From NCBI GenBank assembly GCA_015055515.1, contig SVIC01000006.1, positions 765 through 64,764 on the forward strand: a stretch of DNA of 64,000 nt, in the 5' to 3' direction. This stretch comes from Clostridiales bacterium (GTDB lineage Bacteria > Bacillota > Clostridia > Christensenellales > UBA1242). Position numbers and translations under genes: made by a program. The notes under the pieces were generated by a model. The model did not search any database, was not told the origin of the DNA, and worked only from the letters and a program-made list of their open reading frames with translations. Below, one piece after another: positions 31,058 through 41,564 of the stretch (positions are counted from its first letter, which is position 1; the number at the start of each line of letters is the position of its first letter).

Positions 31058-31348
31058 TTACTTCTTTTTCTTTGTATCAGTCTTAGGTGCTCTCTTAGTC
31101 TCTGGAGCCATCAAACCCTTAGTTACTAATAGAGATTTTGCAGTCTCTGTAGGTTGTGCACCATTAGCCAACCACTTCTTTGTCTTCTCCTCATCCAATA
31201 CAATCTCAGCAGGTTGAGTAAGAGGATTGAATGTACCCAACTTCTCAATATACTCGCCGTCTCTTGCCTTTCTAGAATCTGTAACTACTATTCTGTAAAA
31301 TGGTGATTTCTTATCGCCTAATCTTGTCAATCTAATCTTTACTGACAT
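31058..31348 (-). CDS. rpsP: 30S ribosomal protein S16 (bS16)
   Basis: 96 aa, MSVKIRLTRLGDKKSPFYRIVVTDSRKARDG.. Confidence 0.96.
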   Translation of the reverse strand: MSVKIRLTRLGDKKSPFYRIVVTDSRKARDGEYIEKLGTFNPLTQPAEIVLDEEKTKKWLANGAQPTETAKSLLVTKGLMAPETKRAPKTDTKKKK

Positions 31349-31459
31349 ATCTTTTCTCCCTTTGTTTTATTTTACTAATAATTTACCCACTCATAGTTAT
31401 TGTGCTATATTTTTAATATTAGAAAATATCTAATACAAAAATCAAATTATCTTGTTGTC

Positions 31460-32791
31460 TTAGAATGGCAGACCCATTCCCTTAAGAGCACTTAATCCTT
31501 TTCCGCTCTTAAGCCTCTTCATCATGTCTTTTGTTTGCTCAAAATTCTTAAGCAAAGTATTTACATCTTGGATACTTGTACCACTTCCTGATGCAATACG
31601 CTTCTTATGACTGCCTTTGATTATTTCTGGATTTTCCCTTTCTTTTGGAGTCATTGACCTGATAATTGCCTTGATTTTCTCTATTTGTTTTTCATCCAAT
31701 GCATCCGCATTCAACTTCAATTTGCCAAGGCCTGGTATCATTGATAGCATACTAGCGATTCCGCCCATCTTCTTCATCTGGTCGAACTGTGTGATATAAT
31801 CATCTAAAGTAAAAGCATTCTTACGGAATTTCTCTTCCATCTTCTTTGCTTCTTCTTCCGATATGGTTGCCTGTGCCTTCTCAATAAGAGTTAACACATC
31901 ACCCATATTAAGAATTCTGCTAGCCATTCTATCTGGATGGAACGCTTCAATATCCGATATCTTCTCACCAATTCCGCAGAACTTAATAGGCTTATTAACC
32001 ACTTGCTTAATACTAAGCGCTACACCACCTCTAGTATCTCCATCTAATTTTGTTAATATCACACCTGATATATCTAATGCATCATTGAACGCGGTTGCAA
32101 CAGTTACACCATCTTGACCAGTCATACTGTCTACTGTAAGCAATATCTCATTAGGTCTAGTAATATCCTTAATATCCTTCAGTTCTTGCATCAACTCTTC
32201 ATTGATATGCAATCTACCTGCTGTGTCTATAATTACTACATCATAGCCCTTCTTCGATGCTTCATTCATTGCATCTTTTGCTATAACCTGCGGTTTCTTA
32301 GTCCCTTCTTCAAATACATCTACCTTCGCAGTGGATCCTACAACCTTCAGTTGATTAATAGCAGCAGGTCTATAAATATCGCAAGCAACCAACAATACCT
32401 TCTTGCCTTGACCCTTTAACATATTTGCAAGTTTTCCGCACATAGTAGTCTTTCCCGCACCCTGCAAGCCACACATTAGTATAACCGATGGATGACTATC
32501 TAGATCCAACTTTGCGTTCTTATTACCTAACAATTCTGTTAATTCTTCGTGCACAATCTTAACAACTTGTTGTCCAGGTGTCAAACTCTTCAAGACCTTA
32601 TCGCCAACAGCCTTTTCTGACACACGCTTAACAAAATCTTTTACAACCAGGTAGTTAACATCCGCTTCTAACAGTGCAATCCTGATCTCTCTCATAGACT
32701 CTTTTATCTCTAGTTCCGTTAACTTACCACGCTTAGTTAGCTTGTCTAAAATGTGAGTAAGTCTCATACTAAGGTTACCAAATAATGCCAT
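31460..32791 (-). CDS. ffh: Signal recognition particle protein Ffh
   Basis: 443 aa, ..MCGLQGAGKTTMCGKLA..., ..DTAGRL.., and a Met-rich M domain. Confidence 0.97.
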   Translation of the reverse strand: MALFGNLSMRLTHILDKLTKRGKLTELEIKESMREIRIALLEADVNYLVVKDFVKRVSEKAVGDKVLKSLTPGQQVVKIVHEELTELLGNKNAKLDLDSHPSVILMCGLQGAGKTTMCGKLANMLKGQGKKVLLVACDIYRPAAINQLKVVGSTAKVDVFEEGTKKPQVIAKDAMNEASKKGYDVVIIDTAGRLHINEELMQELKDIKDITRPNEILLTVDSMTGQDGVTVATAFNDALDISGVILTKLDGDTRGGVALSIKQVVNKPIKFCGIGEKISDIEAFHPDRMASRILNMGDVLTLIEKAQATISEEEAKKMEEKFRKNAFTLDDYITQFDQMKKMGGIASMLSMIPGLGKLKLNADALDEKQIEKIKAIIRSMTPKERENPEIIKGSHKKRIASGSGTSIQDVNTLLKNFEQTKDMMKRLKSGKGLSALKGMGLPF

Positions 32792-32792
32792 A

Positions 32793-33101
32793 CTACTCCT
32801 TCAAGATATTCATAATCTTACGAATATCATCCTTATGATACATGCTAGACTCTAGCACTTCTTCTATTCTATCACATTTCTCACAAAATCCTAACTTTTC
32901 TTCCATATTTTGAAGCGATTTTAGCGATTCTTTGATATTAAAGTTAACAGCCTGCCTAGATATGCCATTTATCTGAGAAATCTCCGACAATGTAAGATTA
33001 TTAATTAAATAATCATTAAGACATTCTCTCTGCTTATCTGTAAGCATATTGCCATACGCATCAAATAATTGTAAACTCTTCAGATTATCTACTATATCCA
33101 T
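32793..33101 (-). CDS. ylxM: YlxM-family HTH protein (UPF0122), ffh operon partner
   Basis: 102 aa, ..LTDKQRECLNDYLINNLTLSEISQINGISRQAV.., immediately upstream of ffh. Confidence 0.85.
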   Translation of the reverse strand: MDIVDNLKSLQLFDAYGNMLTDKQRECLNDYLINNLTLSEISQINGISRQAVNFNIKESLKSLQNMEEKLGFCEKCDRIEEVLESSMYHKDDIRKIMNILKE

Positions 33102-33143
33102 AACCTAAACACCTTTTGTAAAGTAAAATTACTTGACAATAGT

Positions 33144-33172
33144 ATTATACACAACATATATCCACTTGTCAA
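33144..33172 (-). promoter_or_regulatory. Candidate sigma-A promoter for ylxM-ffh (TTGACA-17 nt-TATAAT)
   Basis: Reverse complement reads ttgaca agtggatatatgttgtg tataat (-35 at 33167-33172, -10 at 33144-33149). Confidence 0.5.
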
Positions 33173-33238
33173 CACTTTTATTAAAAATTCTGTGCATTGT
33201 TACATAAAAAAATATTGTGCATTACACACAATACTTAA

Positions 33239-33601
33239 TTAGCTAAATATCGCCTTCAGTATAAGTCCTACAGCAAAAGACAATACTGCAAGCAATACCG
33301 TACGTATAACTAGCATTCTTGTATTTCTATTGTTGTTGCTTTTTTCTCTAGCAAAAGCATTTCCATGATCGGTAAGAGATATACAGTACACACTCTCACC
33401 CTTTTTGTCCGATTTAATCAGTTCTATATAGTTATCAAATACCAGATTTTGCATAATATCTTCTACAACTTCTTCTGTTAAATCCACTTTGGAATAAAGG
33501 TTAGTAATAATGTCTCCCACAGTTAGCAAGCATTTACCGCCATTAGCCGAACACTTCTCATATATATAATTCATTACCAATTTCTCTTTCCTATTCAACA
33601 T
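33239..33601 (-). CDS. Hypothetical tail-anchored protein (winged-helix-like N-domain plus C-terminal TM)
   Basis: 120 aa. C-terminal ..MLVIRTVLLAVLSFAVGLILKAIFS. Same architecture as the upstream neighbour. Confidence 0.45.
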   Translation of the reverse strand: MLNRKEKLVMNYIYEKCSANGGKCLLTVGDIITNLYSKVDLTEEVVEDIMQNLVFDNYIELIKSDKKGESVYCISLTDHGNAFAREKSNNNRNTRMLVIRTVLLAVLSFAVGLILKAIFS

Positions 33602-33602
33602 T

Positions 33603-33962
33603 CTACCCTATCACCCCACACACTAGACTACCCAAGAAACCACCTAAAAAAGCACCTATTGCGGATACTATAGCAATTATTACAATGCTACGCTTATCCG
33701 ATTTGCTACTTTTAGAACTTTTTGTTAATCTACCTAGATTATTAGCCTTTTGCAATATAGCCATACAAATTTGCTTTTTATCAAAGTATTTAACATCTAT
33801 GTACTCATTGTCTGTTAAATATTTGATATAACTAATAAAATTATCTTCATTTAACTTGTCAGAGGACTGTTGCAATATCTCTGCAACATCCAAGATTGAA
33901 TACCCTTCGGCATTGCAAAGAGCCTTCAATTTGAACAACAATTTCTTACATAATTTATCCAT
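33603..33962 (-). CDS. Hypothetical tail-anchored protein (winged-helix-like N-domain plus C-terminal TM), paralog-like
   Basis: Start set at MDKLCKK.. (GGAGG 5 nt upstream). C-terminal ..IVIIAIVSAIGAFLGGFLGSLVCGVIG. Confidence 0.45.
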   Translation of the reverse strand: MDKLCKKLLFKLKALCNAEGYSILDVAEILQQSSDKLNEDNFISYIKYLTDNEYIDVKYFDKKQICMAILQKANNLGRLTKSSKSSKSDKRSIVIIAIVSAIGAFLGGFLGSLVCGVIG

Positions 33963-33990
33963 ACAATCCTCCAATACGTATTATGCAGAT

Positions 33991-34281
33991 CTATAAAATA
34001 TGTTTTATTTTAGCCTTCTTAGACACTTTGAATAATACTATCTTAGTACCAATAATCGTTACCACCTCGGCCTCTGTAACTTCAGCCAATTGATTAGCGA
34101 TCTCTTCCAAATCTTCATCACAATTATTTAATACCTTAATCTTAATCAATTCATGTGCATACAGATTATCTTCCACCTGCTTAATAACATTATCAGTCAC
34201 ACCATCTTTACCAATCTGTACAATATCTGGTAGCAATTGTGCCTTGCTACGCAAAAATATTCTTTGTTTCTTATCTAACAT
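33991..34281 (-). CDS. yhbY: YhbY-family (CRM domain) RNA-binding protein
   Basis: 96 aa, ..KQRIFLRSKAQLLPDIVQIGKDGVTDNVIKQVEDNLYAHELIKIKVL.. Confidence 0.85.
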   Translation of the reverse strand: MLDKKQRIFLRSKAQLLPDIVQIGKDGVTDNVIKQVEDNLYAHELIKIKVLNNCDEDLEEIANQLAEVTEAEVVTIIGTKIVLFKVSKKAKIKHIL

Positions 34282-34295
34282 AAATGTAGTAGGTA

Positions 34296-35621
<1,326 letters not shown>

Positions 35622-35676
35622 TTATACAATACCAAAACTTGTAAAAACATTAAATATTTATAATAATTTACAATAT

Positions 35677-36306
35677 TTATTTGCTTTTACCCTTATAATT
35701 ACACAAATGTTGCAACTTGCAACCTTCGCACCTATAACCTATGGCCTTGCAATGATACCTACCAAATAACAATATCAAATGGTGTAATTCTATCCAATCT
35801 TTTTTATCAAAAACTTCTTTTAACTTATCTTCAACCACCTTAGGATCATCACTAGACACTATCCCGAGTCTATTCGCAACTCTAAGGATGTGTGTATCCA
35901 CAGGCATAGCCGGGATATTATAACCAACCGCAAGCACAACACTCGCAGTCTTCCTACCAACCCCGGGCAAACTAGTAAGCTTGTCCATATCTTGTGGTAC
36001 AACACCTTGCATCTCATTCACTATCATCTTTGATGCATTTATAATATTCTTTGCCTTAATCCTAAATGTACCGCAAGGCCTAATTATCCTCTCAACTTCC
36101 GATGCATCAGCCATTGCCAAATCTTGCACTGTTGGATATTTTGCAAACAATTCAGGAGTCACCATATTAACCCGCTTATCAGTACATTGCGCACTTAAAA
36201 TAACCGCAACAAGCAACTCGAATGTATTGTTATAATCCAACTCACACACTGGACTATCTATAACAGACCTCAATGCCCCTAATAATTCCTTCGCATATTT
36301 TTGCAA
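35677..36306 (-). CDS. nth: Endonuclease III
   Basis: 209 aa, ..LPGVGRKTASVVL.. HhH-GPD motif plus a C-terminal Cys cluster CKAIGYRCEGCKLQHLC. Confidence 0.93.
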   Translation of the reverse strand: MQKYAKELLGALRSVIDSPVCELDYNNTFELLVAVILSAQCTDKRVNMVTPELFAKYPTVQDLAMADASEVERIIRPCGTFRIKAKNIINASKMIVNEMQGVVPQDMDKLTSLPGVGRKTASVVLAVGYNIPAMPVDTHILRVANRLGIVSSDDPKVVEDKLKEVFDKKDWIELHHLILLFGRYHCKAIGYRCEGCKLQHLCNYKGKSK

Positions 36307-36444
36307 AAAACACCTCTTAAATCATTTGTTAATAATAGACAAATCTATCATTATTAGTTTACAAAAAAAACTATAAAATAGCAAGTAAAAACATATATCA
36401 CAAAAAACATTAACATGCGTATAATACTGCAAAATATTGCATAA

Positions 36445-36711
36445 TTATGAAATCTTTGTATAGATTGATCTTCCAAAGCCTTTTTTCTCTGCATATATCT
36501 TATACAAAGATTTTGCATTAACTGAACGCATTGCAAATAAAACTCTATTAAGATACATATATTTCACCTTGAGAGACAACCCACATGAAGCAGATAATTC
36601 ATTAGGAGTAGGAACAATTACCGATTTAATCCCAAACCTTCTAAGATATTCATACAACCTCATTGTATCCGTTCTATTACTATAAACTATTAAAATATAA
36701 TCCATAAACAA
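36445..36711 (-). CDS. DUF3343-like small protein (putative S/Se carrier-like)
   Basis: ..YILIVYSNRTDTMRLYEYLRRFGIKSVIVPTPNELSASCGLSLKV.. matches my recollection of DUF3343. Divergent from the cysteine desulfurase gene. Confidence 0.55.
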   Translation of the reverse strand: MFMDYILIVYSNRTDTMRLYEYLRRFGIKSVIVPTPNELSASCGLSLKVKYMYLNRVLFAMRSVNAKSLYKIYAEKKGFGRSIYTKIS

Positions 36712-36776
36712 ATCACCTAAAATAATTATATTTCATAATATTATAGTAAAGCATTTTTTGTGAAAAGAGGACAATC

Positions 36777-37892
36777 ATGATATATTTAGACAACTGCTCA
36801 ACCACACACCAAAAACCGAAATGTGTACTAAAAGCAATAAAAAAAGGATTAACTAGATATAATTATAACGCAGGTAGAGGTGGATATAACAACGCAATAC
36901 TAGCAAACTTAAAGGTGCTAGAATTAAGAGATAGCGCAACAATATTCTTCGGTGCAGAAAATTCATCAAATGTCATAATCACCAAAAGTTGTACCGAAGC
37001 TATTAATATAGCAATAAGAAGTAGTATCAAACCAAACGGACACATAATATCTACAATATTTGAACACAATTCTGTATTAAGAACACTGGATCATTTATCA
37101 AAAGAACACAATATTACTTATACATTATTATCACCAAATAATGATGGATTAGTGTCTATAAAAGACATTATAAACAACATTAGAGAAAATACTTATATGA
37201 TAATAGTCAACCATATTTCTAATGTCACAGGATTCAAGCAAAACATAACAGAAATTGGCGAAATATGCAAGAAACATAATCTAATATTTGTCGTAGATGG
37301 CGCACAGAGCGCAGGGCACACAAACATAAATATGCGAGAAATGAATATCAATTATTTATCCATAGCAGGACACAAAGGCGTACTTGGACCACAAGGGATT
37401 GGCCTTCTAGTCTGCAACAATACAAAACCAGCACCATTAATATTTGGTGGTACAGGAACATTCAGCGAAAGTATTTCTCAGCCCATAGATATTCCTGAAG
37501 GAATTGAGAGCGGAACAATGAGCATTGCAAACATTATGGGATTAAACGCTGGAATAAAATATGTATCGAAAAATTTCAAAAAAATAGAAAACAAAATACA
37601 GAAATTAACAAATTATCTAATAAAATAGTTATTAAAAATTAAAAAAGTAAAATTGTATTCTAATAAAAATTCAATAGGCGTAGTATCATTCAATATAGAC
37701 GGAATGACAAGCAACGACACGTGTATAGAGTTAGAGAAACACGGATTCGAAACTAGGAGCGGTCTTCATTGTGCACCAATGGTACACAGATACTACAACA
37801 CTACTAATATTGGAATGTGCAGAATAGGTTTATCACATAATAATACAATACGGCAATTAAAAAAATTAATAAATGTTATAAAAGAAATATAG
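36777..37892 (+). pseudogene. Class-V aminotransferase / cysteine desulfurase-like gene interrupted by one in-frame TAG (37626-37628)
   Basis: ORFs 36777-37628 and 37653-37892 share one frame. The PLP-lysine motif SIAGHKGVLGPQGIG is in part 1. The C-terminal ..VVSFNIDG...RSGLHCAP.. active-site loop is in part 2. Confidence 0.65.
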
Positions 37893-37911
37893 CACCACGT
37901 GTGCTATATTT

Positions 37912-39078
37912 TTATACACCATACCGATTGAACAGATCATGTAAATCAAGCCAACCATGTCCCTCTATATTCCTATCACCAGTTAATGGTTTGCAACTAT
38001 TAATAAGGATACTCTTTATCTGGTCTGGAGTATGCTTAGGATATATCCTTAACAACCTACTTACAACTCCCGCAACAATAGGAGTAGCCATACTAGTACC
38101 ACTTAACCTGTCATAAAATTTTCCAGTTATACCAAAATTACTAGTAGTCGTAACATCTACTCCACTCACAACTAAATCTGGTTTATAATTATCAAAGGCA
38201 GGGCCCCTACTAGAAAAATCTGCAACACTAAACCGTAATGGATCAAAATTATCTCCGATCCTAGCATCGTCCATTGCACCAACACTAATCACTTTAGGGT
38301 TAATTGCTGGTGATTTTATTGTCTCCATCATAGGCCCACTATTACCACAAGCGCACACAACAACAATACCCTTATCCCACAACACCTCTGCTCCAACAGA
38401 TAGTGGATCATTGTAATCAGTAGCCGTACTACCGAAGCTCATGCACACAACCTTTATATTGTATTCATCTGCATTATCATACACCCATTGCATCGATTTT
38501 AATATATTTAGTGCATTTGTCTCACCATTGTTATCTAATGCTTTTATTACAATAACATTGGTGTTGTTGTCAACTCCAGCATATTTTGTGTCAGATACTA
38601 CCCCACTACCAGCCAATAATCCAACAACAGCGGTACCATGCCCATTATCATCATAAATTGATTTTTTTGATGAAACCATATCTATAAAAGCACTTATTCT
38701 GTTACGCCCATTGATCATGAAATCCAAATGAGGATATAGTCCTGTATCTATTACAGCAACAGAAAAATCGGAAGATTTTTTTGTGTCATATTTTATACCA
38801 ATTATATCTTTTGCTACATTAACAAGGGTACAAACTTTTGATAACGATGATATATATACAACTTCATTCTTATATGTAAGATTATACACATTACTTAATT
38901 TCAATACCACAGCAACGGCTGATATGCAATCAAATATTTCTACAATACCACTTGTCTTAGTTACATAATCTTGCATTGATTTTTTGCTATCAAAACGAAC
39001 AATGCATACCTTAGAAAAAGAGCTGTCGCACACATCTACATCTTGCAATAATTCTTTATCTATTTTTGATGCTATCAT
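37912..39078 (-). CDS. Subtilisin-family (S8) serine peptidase, no signal peptide
   Basis: 388 aa with catalytic triad contexts VAVIDTGLYPH (D), DDNGHGTAVVG (H) and LSGTSMATPIVAG (S). The N-terminal ~100 aa is propeptide-like. Confidence 0.85.
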   Translation of the reverse strand: MIASKIDKELLQDVDVCDSSFSKVCIVRFDSKKSMQDYVTKTSGIVEIFDCISAVAVVLKLSNVYNLTYKNEVVYISSLSKVCTLVNVAKDIIGIKYDTKKSSDFSVAVIDTGLYPHLDFMINGRNRISAFIDMVSSKKSIYDDNGHGTAVVGLLAGSGVVSDTKYAGVDNNTNVIVIKALDNNGETNALNILKSMQWVYDNADEYNIKVVCMSFGSTATDYNDPLSVGAEVLWDKGIVVVCACGNSGPMMETIKSPAINPKVISVGAMDDARIGDNFDPLRFSVADFSSRGPAFDNYKPDLVVSGVDVTTTSNFGITGKFYDRLSGTSMATPIVAGVVSRLLRIYPKHTPDQIKSILINSCKPLTGDRNIEGHGWLDLHDLFNRYGV

Positions 39079-39365
39079 TTCACCATCCCAATAAGAGATT
39101 CGAAGTATATCTTTTGCTCTTCACTCAAGTGTGGAAATAATATATTTTTCATCATATCAATCTGAGAAGACGAGTACCCGCCTTTATCCTTCACAGCCCT
39201 ACTTTCTTTTACAAACTCAGCCATCAATTCTTCCTTAGATAACTTCGAATACTTTTCATATTTTTCTTCAACCGAAACATTAGATACAACTCCTTCATCT
39301 TCTGGCACATTTTTAATTGTTTCTTTTTTCGAAATATCACTTTTGCAATAATCTTTGAAGCTCAT
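39075..39365 (-). CDS. Hypothetical 96-aa protein translationally coupled to the S8 peptidase
   Basis: ATGA stop/start overlap with the peptidase gene. Acidic/Lys-rich, with no recognisable family. Confidence 0.4.
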   Translation of the reverse strand: MSFKDYCKSDISKKETIKNVPEDEGVVSNVSVEEKYEKYSKLSKEELMAEFVKESRAVKDKGGYSSSQIDMMKNILFPHLSEEQKIYFESLIGMVK

Positions 39366-39544
39366 ACCTACACCTCCACGATATCATTGTTCATTAGTAT
39401 ATTTATGTCAAATAATAACAAAAAGTGACGATTGGATTTTTTCAAATTAGACAAACACCGGTTGATATATAAATGCTACTTTGTTCGCTTGGTAACAACT
39501 TCCAACAATTTTACATATAAGTAATAAAGCAAATGGAGTGGTAT

Positions 39545-39976
39545 ATGAATACAATTAACAATCAATTAGAAGAAATTAATAAAATGTATCCTTATGGTCA
39601 ATTTCCATCCAAGTATACTAAAAAACAAAAAGAACCAGACAACAGTATTCGCAACGCATTTAATTATTACACTCCGGATAAGTTTGAAAAAATCCAAACC
39701 ATGACTACAGAAAAAAAAGAAGAAGCATTACCGCAAAAAGAAATTGATCTTAAAAATATATTACCCCTTCTTACAGCACTGAGCGATCACAAGAAACCAA
39801 ATTCATCCGATCTGCTATCGACTATACTTCCACTACTATTAGGGAAAAAATCAAAAGACATAGTCCCTTTATTAAAATTAATGAACAACAAATCTAATAA
39901 TATAGACAGTGTAAAAAAAGCCAACAGCCTTCCATTATCAAAATATGACAAAATTGACAATTATGAAAAAGCATAA
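39545..39976 (+). CDS. Hypothetical 143-aa protein
   Basis: Start set at MNTINN.. (GGAGTGG RBS). Low-complexity, Lys/Asn/Leu/Pro-rich. No recognisable family. Confidence 0.4.
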   Translation: MNTINNQLEEINKMYPYGQFPSKYTKKQKEPDNSIRNAFNYYTPDKFEKIQTMTTEKKEEALPQKEIDLKNILPLLTALSDHKKPNSSDLLSTILPLLLGKKSKDIVPLLKLMNNKSNNIDSVKKANSLPLSKYDKIDNYEKA

Positions 39977-40003
39977 AAAAGATTAGGCCACTAACCTAAT
40001 CTT

Positions 40004-40297
40004 TTATTTTAGCCAATCTTTAATACTTTCAAGTGAAGCAATGCCCACATTCCTCTTAATCTCTTCGCCATCTTTATACAATATCAGTGTAGGAATAGTG
40101 GATATCCCATATTCAGTCGCAAGATCTTCACATTCATCCACATCTATCTTCTGAATATTCAACCCATCGATATTTTCTGCTTGAAGTTCATGAATTATCT
40201 CTGTTTGCATTCTGCATGGCATACACCAAGTAGCATAAAAATCTATTAGAAGATATTTATTTTCTTTTTTTAATTCATTTAATTTATCAATAGTCAT
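40004..40297 (-). CDS. trxA: Thioredoxin (WCMPC active site)
   Basis: 97 aa, ..LIDFYATWCMPCRMQ...STIPTLILYKDG.. Confidence 0.9.
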   Translation of the reverse strand: MTIDKLNELKKENKYLLIDFYATWCMPCRMQTEIIHELQAENIDGLNIQKIDVDECEDLATEYGISTIPTLILYKDGEEIKRNVGIASLESIKDWLK

Positions 40298-40298
40298 A

Positions 40299-41552
40299 TT
40301 ACAACCTCTCTAAGATATATTGTACCAATTGACATTCTTTTATTCTTTCTTGAGTACTAGCCTTCATATCTTTGACAGTCACTTCACCAGCATTCATTTC
40401 ATCTTCGCCCACAATTACAACAAATCTGCAACTTAACTTATCTGCATACTTGAATTGAGCTTTTAGCCCTCTTGCCATAAGGTCTGTCTCTACACCCAAT
40501 CCAGCATTTCTCATTAATTTTGCTAAATTCAATATAAAAGACATATTGTCTGTAGCACTAGCAACATACACATCTACATTGTTTTCTTCTGGGAATACAT
40601 AGCCAATGCTTTCTAGATACAATATAAATCTCTCAATTCCTAGACCAAAACCTACAACTGGCGTAGATTTTCCACCTAGATCTTCAACCAAGTTATTGTA
40701 TCTGCCACCACCGCCTAACGCTGTCTGACCAGAAGTCTTATCAATATTCAAAATCTCAAAAACAACACCAGTATAATAATCCAGTCCTCTAACCAAATTA
40801 GTATCTATTCTGAACTTTAGCCCCAAATCCTGCATTGTTTGCTTAATTTTATCAAACTTTTCTGCACAAGATGTGCACAAATTGTCGGACAATTTGGGAG
40901 CATCCACTAGCATTGATTGACACTCTCTAGACTTACAATCTAGAACCCTTAACACATTCTTCTCATATCTATTGTTACAATCTGGACACATATTCTTAAG
41001 GTATGGCTTCACATAACCTCTTAATTTGTCCTTATACACAGTATTGCATTCCTTGCAACCAAGATAATTAATAGAGAATGTAGGAGAAATACCAAATTCA
41101 TTAAAGAAGTCATTAAGTAGCATAAATATCTCTATATCACTCTCGGGATTGTCACTACCAAACATCTCTACACCAAACTGATGGTGTTCTCTCAATCTTC
41201 CAGCCTGTGGCTTCTCATATCTAAAACATGGTGTCTTATAGTATGTCTTTAGTGGCATTGCATTATTAAATAAACCATTCTCTATAAATGATCTAGCAAC
41301 ACCAGCAGTACCCTCTGGCTTCAAAGTAATACTTCTCTCACCCTTGTCTAAGAATGTATACATCTCTTTATTAACTATATCACTACTATCGCCTACTCCT
41401 CTTACAAATAGTTCGGTATGCTCAAATGTAGGAGTCATAATCTCTTTAAGATTATATCTTTTTGCCAATTTATCTATTACTTTATACACTGCATGCCATT
41501 TATAACTATCATAAGGCAATACATCCTTTGTTCCCTTTGGAATATTAACCAT
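40299..41552 (-). CDS. hisS: Histidine--tRNA ligase
   Basis: 417 aa, ..PKGTKDVLP..., ..LKPEGTAGVARS.., ..FRYEKPQAGRLREHHQFGVE.., ..GGGGRYN.. Confidence 0.93.
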   Translation of the reverse strand: MVNIPKGTKDVLPYDSYKWHAVYKVIDKLAKRYNLKEIMTPTFEHTELFVRGVGDSSDIVNKEMYTFLDKGERSITLKPEGTAGVARSFIENGLFNNAMPLKTYYKTPCFRYEKPQAGRLREHHQFGVEMFGSDNPESDIEIFMLLNDFFNEFGISPTFSINYLGCKECNTVYKDKLRGYVKPYLKNMCPDCNNRYEKNVLRVLDCKSRECQSMLVDAPKLSDNLCTSCAEKFDKIKQTMQDLGLKFRIDTNLVRGLDYYTGVVFEILNIDKTSGQTALGGGGRYNNLVEDLGGKSTPVVGFGLGIERFILYLESIGYVFPEENNVDVYVASATDNMSFILNLAKLMRNAGLGVETDLMARGLKAQFKYADKLSCRFVVIVGEDEMNAGEVTVKDMKASTQERIKECQLVQYILERL

Positions 41553-41564
41553 ACACCTTTCCTC

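Noticed and set aside
30915-31217. 100-aa plus-strand ORF spanning repeat copy B and the 3' end of rpsP
   Set aside because: It is antisense to rpsP. The equivalent frame in repeat copy A terminates after 23 codons, so the coding potential is not conserved between identical copies.
36777-37892. TAG reassignment or pyrrolysine, or an alternative genetic code
   Set aside because: TAG terminates rpsH (64-66) and sigK (25712-25714) normally. All conserved genes are full length under code 11 with no in-frame TGA. No pyl genes are present in the window.
41553-41564. Expected T-box leader upstream of hisS
   Set aside because: Only 12 nt separate helD and hisS, so there is no room for a T-box. hisS appears co-transcribed with helD.
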